From: Eledone cirrhosa
Taxonomy: Eukaryota
Length of the DNA: 64,000 bases
Direction of reading: 5' to 3'
Assembly (NCBI GenBank): GCA_964016885.1
Contig: OZ024741.1
Coordinates: 129,084,001 to 129,148,000, forward strand
Part shown: positions 1 to 12,246 of the stretch, in pieces
How positions within the stretch are numbered: the stretch's first letter is position 1
How the letters are laid out: the number at the start of each line of letters is the position of its first letter
Made by a program: the position numbers and the translations under genes
Notes under the pieces: model-generated
The model's input: only the letters and a program-made list of their open reading frames with translations
The model's database searches: none
Told to the model about the DNA's origin: nothing

Positions 1-279
1 AGAATTTGGAGGAATTTGGTAATATAACTAACTTTCTTATTATTAACCCGTTTGTTACCATATTTCTAATGAAAGAAATTGCCTATAATTTTCAAATAAT
101 TTTGAAAATAACCAAGAATTTGAAGGGATTTAGTAATATATCTTTTTTATTATTAAATTTTTAGTTGCCATATTTCTAATGAAATCCTATTTGAAAGACA
201 TTGCCTATTATTTTCAAATCATTTTGGAAGTAAAGAATTTGGTACGATATAGTAAAATAACTAATTTTCTTATTATTAA

Positions 280-500
280 CCCTTTAGCATTTACATTACT
301 CTATATATACTATTGTATTTTTGTGGTAAAGGCTTTATCTTACATAATTATTTCACATAATATCGAATCTATCAGATTTTGATGTTATTTATTTTGAGAA
401 CAATACCTTAACATCAATATCAGTGGCCGGTTACTGCCGGTTTGAACAGTATGAGGTGAGAGAATTATGGCCGGATATGACTGGTTTAAATACTAAAGGG
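280..500. mobile_element. piggyBac-type MITE, family D (221 bp)
   Basis: TTAA at 276-279 and 501-504. TIR CCCTTTAGCATTTA / TAAATACTAAAGGG (13/14 match). Related copies at 12034-12246, 45085-45297 and 57239-57475. Confidence 0.85.
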
Positions 501-865
501 TTAAGCAGGTGTTTCAAACATAACTTAACAAAGGTTCTTACATAATCATAATGGAATGTTTTTAGATAAATATAAATACATTAAAATGTTTGAAAAATTA
601 AATGTATGCATGCATTACATTTTTTTTAATGATTCTTTTCTTTTTTCTTGGATGTTTTCTTTTGCTCTAACTTCAGTTATTGTTGATTGAGTTTGTTGAC
701 ATATCTAACATGCAATATCTTCTAAATATTTTGCTTGAAAAAGTGATTTGTTTTGTAATACTTAAGAGGTTACCAGTTATTAAATGAAGCTTTTGAAGAA
801 ATTCAGATGTTATTAAGGTTTTAGCATAAAAGTATACAAAGTCTGTCTTAAGTAGTGGACTATCA

Positions 866-1056
866 GGGCAGTGGATTGGCAGTATCGGTAGAGGGTCGGA
901 CGCCATGCTTTGACGCATAGTTACGGTCCTTGCCATTCTGAGTTAAAATCCCGCTGGGGTTTACTTTGCCTTTCATCCTTACGGGGTCGATAAAATAAAG
1001 TACCAGTAATGCACTGGGTAATTGCTGGCCTTGTGCCAAAAGTAGAAACAATTATT
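866..1056 (+). mobile_element. tRNA-derived SINE family A (about 190 bp)
   Basis: A box TGGCAGTATCGG, B-box-like GAGTTAAAATCC, central GCCTTTCATCCTTACGGGGTCGATAAAATAAAGTACCAG, 3' end AGTAGAAACAATT. About ten closely similar copies in the window. Confidence 0.9.
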
Positions 1057-1122
1057 TTATTAACCCATTTTATATATTTCTGTAATGTTTTAACAGAAAT
1101 TACCTAAAAACTGGTTTCTTAA

Positions 1123-1378
1123 CCTTTTCATTTCTATATTTCTAATTAAATACATTGCCTATGATTTTCAAATAACTTTCAAATAATTTTCAAAATAATC
1201 AAGAATTTGGAAGGATTCAGTAACATAAGACATTTTCATTATTAATTGGAATGTAACTTAACAAAGGTTTTTACTTAGAATTATGATGGAACATTTTTAG
1301 ATAAATGTAAACAATTTAAAACAAACAGTTATGTATCACAGACCCAGGGGTGTTTCAGGCGGTGTGGTATGAAAAGGG
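1123..1378. mobile_element. Older piggyBac-type MITE, family E
   Basis: TTAA-CCTTTTCAT ... ATGAAAAGGG-TTAA. The internal motifs CATATTTCTAATGAAA, AAGAATTTGGAGG and TTAACAAAGG recur at 1-600, 17765-18222, 40157-40617 and 40665-40909. Fragments at about 25237-25320 and 25681-25800. Confidence 0.7.
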
Positions 1379-1630
1379 TTAATCCTCTTTTGTCCAATTG
1401 AAAAACAAGGTTTTGATGATTCAATGCCGCTCAGATAGTTCATTAGTAACTTTCTGCAACCTTGCTCAATATAACATTTGACTTAGCTTGCTCTTAACTG
1501 TTCTACACCAAATGTTTTATGTATGGCTGTTCAGGCTTTAGTTTTCCTGGTGGTGACCATTTAATATTGTTACATTTGATATCATGTCCATTTCTATTCT
1601 GAATGGTGTGGCCAAACCATTTGAGCTGCC

Positions 1631-1830
1631 AGTCAGTACCAATACCACCTAGGTATAAGTCAGTACCAATATCACCTAGATATGTCAGTACCAATATCAC
1701 CTAGATATAAGTCGGTACCAATATCACCTAGATATAAGTCAGTATCAATAACATTAAGCTATAAGTCAGTATCAATATCACCAATATCACTTAGATGTTA
1801 CTCAGTACCAAGTCAGTACCAATACCATCA
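1631..1830. repeat. 27-bp minisatellite (about 6-7 decaying copies)
   Basis: Unit AGTCAGTACCAATATCACCTAGATATA. Confidence 0.85.
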
Positions 1831-3368
1831 AGCTATATGTCACTATCAATGTTTTCTTGAACGGAAAAATGAAAAGAAAAAAGATGAAGAGATAGAGGAA
1901 AGATGGTGGTGAAATATAAGGTAGAGAAGAAAAGGAAAAAAGATGAGAGTGGAAAAGAAATACAACATAGCATATAGTCTGAAGCTCTACTGATTCTGCT
2001 ATGCAATATGTGGCCTAGCCGCTTTAGCTGCCAATGTTATATTTCAAGAACCACATGGTAAGAGACCAGAGGCTGCAGTACTTATCAATTTAACAGAGAC
2101 ATAGGGTTTGAGAGGATTCTTTAGTCTCAGTGAGCAAAATGACAATCTCTCTAGTGCTGGTGCCTTGGTAAAATGTGCCTAGTCCACTCTGTAAACCAGA
2201 TGTGTTGGTACCACAATAAAATGCATATAGCCCACCTTGTAAAGCAGTACTGCTTGTGCCACAATGAAACACATCCAGTCCATTCTGTAAAGTGGTTGTG
2301 TTGGTGTCATGAACAACATTCACCCAGTACACTCTGTAAGGTGGTAGGTATTAGAAAGGGCATCCAGCTATAGAAACTAGCCAAATATGGAACATATGAG
2401 CAAGATGACGTCTCTCTGACCCATCTGGTCTTGGATCCCAACAACCATTCCAACCTATGCCAGTGTGGAAACCAGACCTAAAAACTATGATGCATTACAC
2501 CATTGTAACCTGTTTGAGGCACAGCTTTTCATCTGACATTTTGTTTTTGCTAATAAAAAATAACAAAAAAAAACATAAAAACAAAAAAAAAAAACTAATG
2601 ATATTACTAATTCTTTCTAACATTGGCACAATGTCAGCAATTTGAGAGAAGAGGAAGTTTGATTATATTGACCCCAGCACTTTACAGATGTTTTATTTTA
2701 TTGATCCCCCCAGAAGGCACAATTGACCGTAGCTGGATTTGAACTCAGAATGTTATGTCATAACTAAATACTGTAAAGTATTTTGTCTAACATTCTACTG
2801 ACACTGCCAATCCACTGCTCTATTAGATTTCAAGTAGTATAAAAACATAATATACACACTCTATTGGGTTTCCATTCTTCTCTAAATATAAAGATGTCTC
2901 TCTTTTGGTGATTATTATTATTGCTGTACAACAAACAACCTAGGATAGGAGTAATTGTAGCTGGGATTCCATGGGAACATTTATTTAAATGAAAGAGACC
3001 TTTAGTAGTGGAAAGGTATGAAACCACTGCATTACATAATAGCATTAAATGTACAGGATGGTCATGGCTGGAAGATTATATATAAGGTGGTTGAGCTAGT
3101 GGTATGACAAAAAGCACCCAGTCTACATGATTGTCATTAGAAACCAAGCCAAAATACAGAGCCATATGAGAAAGACATGGTCAGCTGACTTGAGTTGTCT
3201 CATAATGTAACATAATTTATTTATGTTCATACATAGATCCATATATGAACATAAATAAATAATATAATATATCAGCTCTCTTCCCAGTTGAGCACTGTTT
3301 TCCTTTTTCTTTTTTCACACCAACGGATATTTTCTACGCACACGCACACACACACGCACACGCACACG

Positions 3369-3410
<42 letters not shown>

Positions 3411-3639
3411 ACACAAGTGATGTGCTGGAGGTGACTCTTCTAATGCATGCAAGCATTGAAAAATGAATTTTTATGATGATGGTGAAGATGATGATTTGTA
3501 TGTGTGTGTGCATGTGAATGTGTGAAAGCTATGGTCTAGTTGGTGTGATGTGAGCCTGAAAACCATAGAATCAACACCGTATTTTCTCACATTTGTGGCC
3601 TATGATAACTCAAAAATAGCTGTGGATAGATTGCATGTG

Positions 3640-4105
3640 AAGTAAGCAGCAGGTGCACTATCCCAATGTGATCAAGCCTTCCCATCCGTCTTGCTTGGAT
3701 GGAATGAAGAAAGAAGTTTGTAAGTGCTGCTTTTATTACCCAAGAAAATCGATGAAATATGGGAAGTGAGGATGCTTTGATGGATTGTGGTGTTAATGTG
3801 TATAAATGGCAAAGCATGGATGAGCTGAGAGGAAAACTGGGTTTAAGAGGAATCAGATGTAGTGTGCAAGGGTGCATGGAGACTGCACTGGTATCGACAT
3901 GTGATGCACATGGATGATAATTTTTGGGTGAAGAATTGTCAAGTGGAAGGAAAACCTAGGCAAATGTGGCTGGAGCTGAGCTCAAAATGCTGAACCTCAG
4001 AGGAGATGACGAAGGAATGCAACAAGTTGAGGGAGACTACACTGGAAAAGACTCCTCCAATTCATGCAAGCAAGGAACAATGAACGTAAAAGCATGTTGA
4101 TGAAG
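3640..4105 (+). pseudogene. Decayed RTE 3' fragment
   Basis: Degenerate WKKF, ELRGKLGLRGIRCSVQ, HVMHMD and GKPRQMW motifs with a GAT tail. Confidence 0.7.
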
Positions 4106-4214
4106 ATATTGGGTTATGTATGACCATATGGTGTGTTAATTCTTAGTTTTCTTGTTAATTGTTATTATGTATTAATATATTAATATATTTTCGTTTTCTT
4201 GTTGTCTTCTTCAG

Positions 4215-6716
4215 AAATTAGCTGAGTCTCGAGATTCCTTGTTGAAGCAGATTGAACTGCTAAACACCCAGTATGAGCAGATACAAGAAGAACATTTATC
4301 TCTGTGGAACAAGCGATCGAAGAAACCGATGTCATCATCTCCAAGAGCAAAGCGGAAATTTGACACCCTGCCTCAGGACATTGAGTCAGCGTCCCGAAGT
4401 CTGGTGGAAATCAGCCGAGCAAAGGGTTGCTTTGACAACGAAGAAAAAGCCTGCACAAAGCTGGATTGCCAAGGTTACCGAAAACGTTACGAGATAGCCC
4501 TGAAAATTTTAACTGAGAAAGGACTCACTTCATTGGACAATATATCTGAAAAATCATCATTCGAAGTCGACTCTCTGGATGGTTCTGCTAGTATGGGAGA
4601 CCAACCGAGGGAAGAACTCTCTATGGAACTACAGGACGAATACAATGAACTCATGGAAAGGACCATTACTGAACCAGTGCTTAGCTCTAATTTCCAAAGG
4701 AAAAGCAGTCCTGAACCCCAGTGCCCCAACTGTATCAGTTTAGTAGAAGAAAGACTGTCTTTGAAGAAGCGCCTGAGTACTCAACTTGAACTCTTCGGCA
4801 AGGAACGATTCCATCTTCTAAGTCGCTGTGAGAATCTCTCCATTGAGCTAGAGAATGTACAGTTGACTCGAGACCAACTGAAGACTGAGTTAAATATCAC
4901 AAAGGAAAGCCAACAGGGACGACAGAGACAGCCGTCTGAGGTGGAGCTCACAGAATTGAAAGTGAAACTGGCCAACACTGAGGATCAAGTTGTGTTCTAT
5001 CAGAATAAATTGAGTCAGTCAGAGAGTGAACAACAGGAGCTGAAGTCAAAGATAAATGAGTTGTTTGTGAAGGTGATAGACCAGCAACATTATATCAACA
5101 ATCTTGAAGAGGAATATTCTAGATCCCGTGGTACCTGGAACCACAAGGGAACCATGACTTCTGGAAATGTCACACAGGTATCTGCTGATAATGGGAACAT
5201 TATTGAGATGCCGCATTTCGATGGCCGTCGTCATTCCGATCCAGCTGTTAATGGATATGATGTTCAGTGTGAGATGGAACATCTTCATCATTCAGCATCA
5301 CAGCATTTGTCTCAGTCCAGCAACACCATTTCCTTAAGCTCCAATTTTGTTGACATTCCACAGTTGCCATGTTTGAAATCCCCCAAATCTGATCGGGAAA
5401 CCTCTCCAGATTCATTGAACAAGTCCTCATTTTCCGATAACTCTAGTCCTGCTGGGGACAGGGACAACTGGATCAATTACTCTCCAAATAGAAATAATTC
5501 GAGTCCAGCTTTGAACCAATGCGATAGATTCAGTGACACCCACACAACTCCGCCCAGATCAACCCACTCTAGTCCGTCTTTGTTCTTGCCTAATAAAGAA
5601 TTACGTGAGTCTGAAAAACTCCTGCCCGAGTTTCAACTAAGTCAGACCAACTTCATGGTATTCCAAGACAAACAAATAGAACTTATTGATGAAATAGCTG
5701 AGTTAAAGCATACTCTTTCGAAAAACAAGGAGAATCACATGAAGGAAATAGCCACCATGAAAGAGCAGTTTGATCGCTTTAAAAAAGCCAAGGGGCTTAG
5801 TGAAACTCAGAGTTTCTTAGATATATTGGACAGTGCTGATATTGTTTCTCTGTCTGTTGATGTCATCGACCTTCGACAAAAAGTCTCATTGCTTCGAGAA
5901 ACTTGCAACAGACTAACAGAAGACAACAAAGATCTTCAGAAGAAACTATACAATCAAGAGTGCTTAGTGATGAAGACCAAAGTGCTACAGAGTAATCAAA
6001 AACATTCCATCACTGCTGAAAATATAGAGACATCTTTCGGTAGCCAGCTGTTGCTACTTCAGAAACACCGTGATGAGCTTGCTGAAAAACTCAGCGAAGA
6101 ACGACTGCTTGAGAACCAATTCACGGAAGTTGTAGCTGCCAAAATCAGCCTCACTGAGAACCTCCGTCTTGAGAAAGAATGCGTTCAGCAACTGACCGAA
6201 AGAATTCACACAGTCGAAGCTGAATTGTCCAGCAAGAAAGCCGAGTATGAACACGTGATGCAGAAACAGCTGCAACTGGAAGAACTCCTTAGAAACAAAG
6301 AGGAGGTGGAGAAAGAACTGATGTCACAGAAGTTTCTCCTCGAGTCTCAACTGACCCAGTTGGGTTTTGAACTGGAGACTAAAGAGAAACATCTTAAGGA
6401 TATAGAACAACGGGTAAGCCAGTGTGCCAATGAGATCAGCCCTGGGTTAGACATGGCTGTTAGCAATGACAATGAACAGGAGAGCATGGCACTGCAAGAG
6501 AGGTTCAGGCAGGAACTTTCTGAAGTAAAGTGCCTAATTGAGAAACAGAACATTGACAGATTAGAATCACTGCGCAAGGACATGGATGAACATCACAAGC
6601 GTGCTGTAGAGTACCTACGCCAGCAACTGCGCGGCGACTTCAGTATGCGGGAGTCACGTCTTGAAGAACATCATGCAGTCCATGTTGCCAGTCTCCACTC
6701 TATCCATGCAGAACAG
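4215..6716 (+). CDS. Large internal coding exon (834 codons) of a long coiled-coil protein, possibly centrosomal or scaffold type; identity not established
   Basis: Pyrimidine tract and TTCAG acceptor ending 4214. The frame is open from 4215 (KLAESRDSLLKQ...) to CAG|GTGCAG at 6716/6717, phase 0 at both ends. Two E/L/K/Q-rich heptad blocks flank a Ser/Pro-rich disordered linker. The donor is weak; read-through stops at 6729-6731. Confidence 0.88.
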
Positions 6717-7541
6717 GTGCAGCATTCTTGATCTTATTCCTCTCCTCTGTCTCTATCTCTCTAACCAAATTTTTCTCCATTGTCTAAAGTCTTCTCTATT
6801 TTTATAATTATAATTATCTCTAATTTTTTTTTATCTGCAATGATTTAGTTCATTCCTGTTATTTTTTTTCCTTTTTAATATTTAAAAAAAAAAAAAAAAC
6901 CTGTATTTTAAAATTTTCTTTTACTTTATATGGTTATATATCTTTTGTTGTTTGTAATTGTTAATTTTGTTGTATATATGCGGTAGATGAGGAGATTTTA
7001 GTCAAATGAAAGGAGGTGTCTTAACATAGGTTTAAATGCCTATTTAGTTTCCAGAGGTGGAAACCACGTCAAAATAGGGTGGAGAGGACTCTTCAGTTGT
7101 GTGAAGGGCAGCAACAACTTCTCTAGCGTTGGTGCCATGATAAAATTCACCCAGTACTATCTGTAAAGCGGTTGGCATTAGGAAGAGCATTCAGCCACAG
7201 AAATCCTGCCAAGCAAACTAACTGGAAGACTCTTCAGTTGTGTCAAAGTCATGACAGTCTCCCTAGTGCTGGTACCATGATAAAAGACACTCAATAAACT
7301 CCGAGTGTTCAGGAACATATGTAAGCAAGATGTGGCCGCTGTCCTGTCTGAGAGGTCAGTCTCTCCGGGTCGGTACTAACTTGATCTGTGACAATCCAAC
7401 CAACCCTTCTTTGCAAGGAAAAATGATGTTAGATAGTGATGGTGGCAGAAATAAATTCTGTGAGGGTAGAAAATGAGGGAATGGTACATCACAAGATCTG
7501 GTATAGGATAATTTGGTAAATATGTAAATATATTAGGTATT

Positions 7542-7845
7542 GAGACACATGGCTTAGTGGTTAGAGCATTGGCCTTGCAATTGAAAGGTTGTGAGTTCAA
7601 TTCTCAGACGGAGTGATGTTGTTTCCTTGAGCAAGACACTTTATTTCACATTGCTCCAGTTTACTCAGTTATCATTCCACTGCAAAGTGGTCGTGGAGGT
7701 GCCACGGCAAACAAAAAGCACCCAGCACTCACTGTAAATGAGGTTGGTGTTAGGAAGGGCATCCAGCTGTAGAAATGAAGCCAGAATCAATTCTCGTCCC
7801 ACCCTTGCAAGCAGGGAAAAGTGGACGTAAAATGATGATGATGAT
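7542..7845 (+). mobile_element. SINE family B with an internal deletion at the CORE/tail junction
   Basis: Colinear with 57692-58033 except for the missing junction segment. Confidence 0.85.
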
Positions 7846-8650
7846 TGAATTGGCAAAGTTGTTAGAGTGTAGGATAAAGACAATATCGGGATTGTTAGTG
7901 TTGGACAGATGAGATGCCTTGCGGCATTTGTTTTGGCTCTTTATATCCTGCATTCAAATTTCACAGTAATCTACTTATCTAGTAGACTTTATCTGTTGTC
8001 TGATTTAATACTGCCACCTGGCTTTTGGTCACCTTTTATGGAGCCTGCTCAGTTACAAGATTTCAGATTAGATCTCTAGGTTGAGGATGCCTTTATTGCT
8101 GTCTCCCACCAGTTTCGGGTTTCGGAGACCCTAAAAGGTGTTATTGCCTTTCTCGCCATGACTGAACAGTAAAAATGTGGTCATTAGTTACACCACTTGA
8201 CATTTTAAATTTATATGCTGTGCTATACATCTTTCCAAGGGTGATAATATAACTACCTGTTAAATACTGGGGTTAATATAATCAACTAATAATCCCAACC
8301 TCAAAATATGAGGTCATGCACCTATGTTAGTAATTATTGTTTTTTAAATGTATATTTTTAGGTAGGTTAATTGATTTCAGGTAATTTATTATATTTTCAG
8401 GTGGATAAATTTGTACAATTTTTATTTTGTTTCATCAAAATGTATCTTGACTTGCTTCTTGAGGATATATTTTTGTCTGTAAATATAACCTGTTTGTAGG
8501 TTGTACCCATGATTACTCACTTTTTTTAATTACGATAGCTATATGCCATATATTTCTGCATTGGTGAATGTTGAAGTTTGAGCAAGACGATGCTCTTCAA
8601 TATGTCTGCCTAATATGGATAGTGTAGGCTAATGCTATGTTATGACTCTA

Positions 8651-9860
8651 CTAGAAACCAACACTTCGAGAATACCATGCGTCTACTAGAAGTCACCACT
8701 CCTAGATTACCATACTGCTACTAGAAGTCACCACTTCTAGATTACCATACTGCTACTAGAAGTCACCACTTCTAGATTACCATACTGCTACTAGAAGTCA
8801 CCACTTCTAGATTACCATACTGCTACTAGAAGTCACCACTTCTAGATTACCTTACTGCTACTAGAAGTCACCACTTCTAGATTACCATACTGCTACTAGA
8901 AGTCACCACTTCTAGATTACCATACTGCTACTAGAAGTCACCACTTCTAGATTACCATACAGCTACTAGAAGCCACCACTTCTAGATTACCATACTGCTA
9001 CTAGAAGTCACCACTTCTAGATTACCATACTGCTACTAGAAGTCACCACTTCTAGATTACCATACTGCTACTAGAAGTCACCACTTCTAGATTACCTTAC
9101 TGCTACTAGAAGTCACCACTTCTAGATTACCATACTGCTACTAGAAGTCACCACTTCTAGATTACCATACTGCTACTAGAAGTCACCACTTCTAGATTAC
9201 CTTACTGCTACTAGAAGCCAACACTTCTAGATTACCTTACTGCTACTAGAAGTCACCACTTCTAGATTACCATACTGCTACTAGAAGTCACCACTTCTAG
9301 ATTACCATACTGCTACTAGAAGCCAACACTTCTAGATTACCTTACTGCTACTAGAAGTCACCACTTCTAGATTACCATATTGCTACTAGAAGTCACCACT
9401 TCTAGATTACCATATTGCTACTAGAAGTCACCACTTCTAGATTACCTTACTGCTACTAGAAGTCACCACTTCTAGATTACCATATTGCTACTAGAAGTCA
9501 CCACTTCTAGATTACCTTACTGCTACTAGAAGTCACCACTTCTAGATTACTATATTGCTACTAGAAGTCACCACTTCTAGATTACCTTACTGCTACTAGA
9601 AGTCACCACTTCTAGATTACCTTACTGCTACTAGAAGTCACCACTTCTAGATTACCATACTGCTACTAGAAGCCAACACTTCTAGATTACCTTACTGCTA
9701 CTAGAAGTCACCACTTCTAGATTACCTTACTGCTACTAGAAGTCACCACTTCTAGATTACCATACTGCTACTAGAAGCCAACACTTCTAGAATGCCATAT
9801 CTCTCATAGAAGCCAACACATCTATAATGTCATACTCCTATTAGAAGCCACCATTTCTAT
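8651..9860. repeat. 35-bp minisatellite with an internal hairpin (about 34 copies)
   Basis: Unit CTAGAAGTCACCACTTCTAGATTACCATACTGCTA; homogeneous centre, diverged edges. Confidence 0.97.
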
Positions 9861-9974
9861 ATGTGTGTATTTATATTATATCTTGATTTGTGTATTTAGA
9901 ATATTTTTATCTATGTCTGTATCTGTCTATGTATGTGTATTTGTTTTAAAATGTGTGTAGCTTGTTGATGTGTT

Positions 9975-10480
9975 GCTGGTAGAGACATTTGCTTAATATA
10001 CAATGTTTTTCTCTTGGCATTTATCCTGGAAAAAGGACAAAGCTCTGTGTTCCATGTTTAGTTGCAGTAATGTCACTATTGATGCCATTAACCAGAGTTT
10101 TCCATGCAATTGTAGTTTCTCCCTATGTTGCTTTTGTTGAGCACCTTGTGGAATGTATGGTTGTTCAGGAAATTTTTTTTTTATTAGTATAGAAACTGTT
10201 TTACACCAATATTGTATGGTGGGGTAAACCATGTAATACTGTTCTTCACAGTATTTTTTAGAGTGGTTGATGTTGGTAAATACATGATTCCTTTTTGGTA
10301 TAGGCTATGTAATAGTATTTTACTGGTTACACATTTTTAGGAGAACTAATGTCGGTAAGTACATGAGTTATTCCTGATACTGGCTACATTATAATACTGC
10401 ATCCCTGCCAAAGGAAGGATATGACATAAATATTTAGAAATTGATCAAGTCCTGCTACTTCTGTCCTAATTAAAAATTCC
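9975..10480 (-). pseudogene. Penelope-like element ORF remnant (RT C-terminus, linker and start of GIY-YIG)
   Basis: Across frameshifts on the minus strand: ITWFTPPYN..KQFLY..KKKFP..HTFHKVLNKSNI..NYNCMEN and CN...LCPF..CQEKNIVY.ANV. These match the PLE WFNPP...SYSCM.N and CxxKNIVY motifs. Confidence 0.75.
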
Positions 10481-11219
10481 ACATTATTCACCAATCTGAT
10501 GGATGACAGTTGATCATGTGATCACCTAAAAATTTAGTGATTGTGATTTAAACCATTAAGTTATTTCTAGATTTAGGAATAGATCAACGTTCTGTTATCT
10601 CTGTAGTGTTATTTACCATAGACTTGGGTTGACCCAAGTCTTGTGAATGAAATTGGGTAGACAGAAACTGTTTAGAAGCTTGTCAGATGAACTGTGCTTG
10701 TAATTAAGAGAGACAACCTTGTCACACACCTTCACACTAAATCTATCTAAGAATTATGTTATAGGTACGTGTCTGGAAATGCTTAGCCAATTACTCGTTA
10801 ATTTCATGAGCAGCCTTTTCCATTCATCAAGCAACAGGAACATGGAGGTCCATCACATTCTGCCAGGAACGATGTGAATTAATTCCCTTTAAAGGGATAT
10901 TTTTCATGTCTGCCATAAATTATCTCCCCTTTTGTTACCTCCCATTGAAAGGTTATTTATTTTTTTAAAGCTTGCTTCCTTTGAAAGGATATTTTTCAGG
11001 TTTGCTGTGAATTTCTCTTTTGCTGTGTACAAAATTGTAAAGTCAGCATATGAAATGACGAAGTTATCTCCTAGTTGCTTCTTATTGGAAGATCATTGTT
11101 TTAGTTATGAATTATCTCCTTTCAGCTGTTACAATTTCATTACTCTCACTTGTAGTTTGTGTGGCTGAATAGCCAAGGATATGGTTGTCATGGCCCCCTC
11201 TTGATTCTTTTGTATTTCC

Positions 11220-11560
11220 TAGGTAACACAGATAGAATAGCTTTGATTGGCTAGGTTTAGGTAGGTGCCACTGACAGAATGGCTCTGATGGACTAGGTTT
11301 TGGTAGGTACCACAGATAGAAAAGCTCCGATTGATTAGTTTTAGGTAGGTACCACAGATAGATTAGTTTTAGGTAGGTACCACTGAGTGAATGGCTCTAA
11401 TTGGCTAGTTTTATGAAGGTACCACAGAAAGAATATTTCTGTCCAATTAGCTTTAGGTAGGTACCACAGTGTTGCTATTTTAGTTAGCTGCATATAGGTA
11501 GGTACCACAGGTTAGCCCTGTACACCTAACTCTAGGTAAGTACCACAAAGTAAAAACTGC
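11220..11560. repeat. Degenerate repeat of about 40 bp with a TAGGTAGGTACCACAG core; related array at about 13700-14090
   Basis: Recurrent TAGGTAGGTACCACAG. Confidence 0.7.
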
Positions 11561-12033
11561 CACAGATTTAAATCTAGGTGTGTATTCTAGTTGTATACCA
11601 AGGAACCAATGTTTCCATTAGTCTTTCCATTGCTGACACTATCTTCTGGCTGAAGGAGCAATGTGAAATAAGGTATTTTGCTCAAAAACACAATGTGCCA
11701 CCCTATCTAGGAATCACCCCTACGATCTTATGATCATGAATCCAAAACTTTGCACATTAGGCCATGTGCCTTCATGTACTAAAAGGTTGTCCAGTTTATG
11801 TAACTTTATGTAGGTACCTAGGGTAGTATAATTTATTACCCTGAATTTTGTGTATACTATGAAATTGAGTGTTTTCATGACTAGCTGCACTGGCGTTAAT
11901 TTCTCTTCATCATAGTTACTATCATTTTTATTTCTGCTTTCCATGATCTCATGTTTCGGATAGATCCTCACTGTTTCAGCCTCTTTCTATTCAGAGTTAT
12001 TGCTCTCCTAGATGGGTGAGAAAACTGTTTTAA

Positions 12034-12246
12034 CCCTTTAAACCAGCTGTATCTGGCCACAATTCTCTCACCGCTTTCTGTTCAAACTGGTCGTAACTGG
12101 CCACTGATACTGTTGTTAAAATATTGTTCTCAAAATAAATAATATCAAAGTCTCATTGATTTGATAGTATGTGAGATATAATATGAGATAAAGCCTTTAC
12201 CACGAAAATACAATAGTATATATAGAGTAATGTAAATGCTAAAGAG
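12034..12246. mobile_element. piggyBac-type MITE, family D (opposite orientation)
   Basis: TTAA at both ends; the body is the reverse complement of 280-500. Confidence 0.8.

Noticed and set aside
866-960. tRNA genes at SINE heads
   Set aside because: A and B boxes are present, but no cloverleaf is evident and each continues into a SINE body, often with TSDs.
4215-6716. Specific gene name such as pericentrin, AKAP9 or a golgin
   Set aside because: Only generic coiled-coil composition; no diagnostic domain is visible.
8651-9860. CRISPR array (35-bp palindromic repeat)
   Set aside because: Units abut with no unique spacers, there are no cas genes, and the context is eukaryotic.
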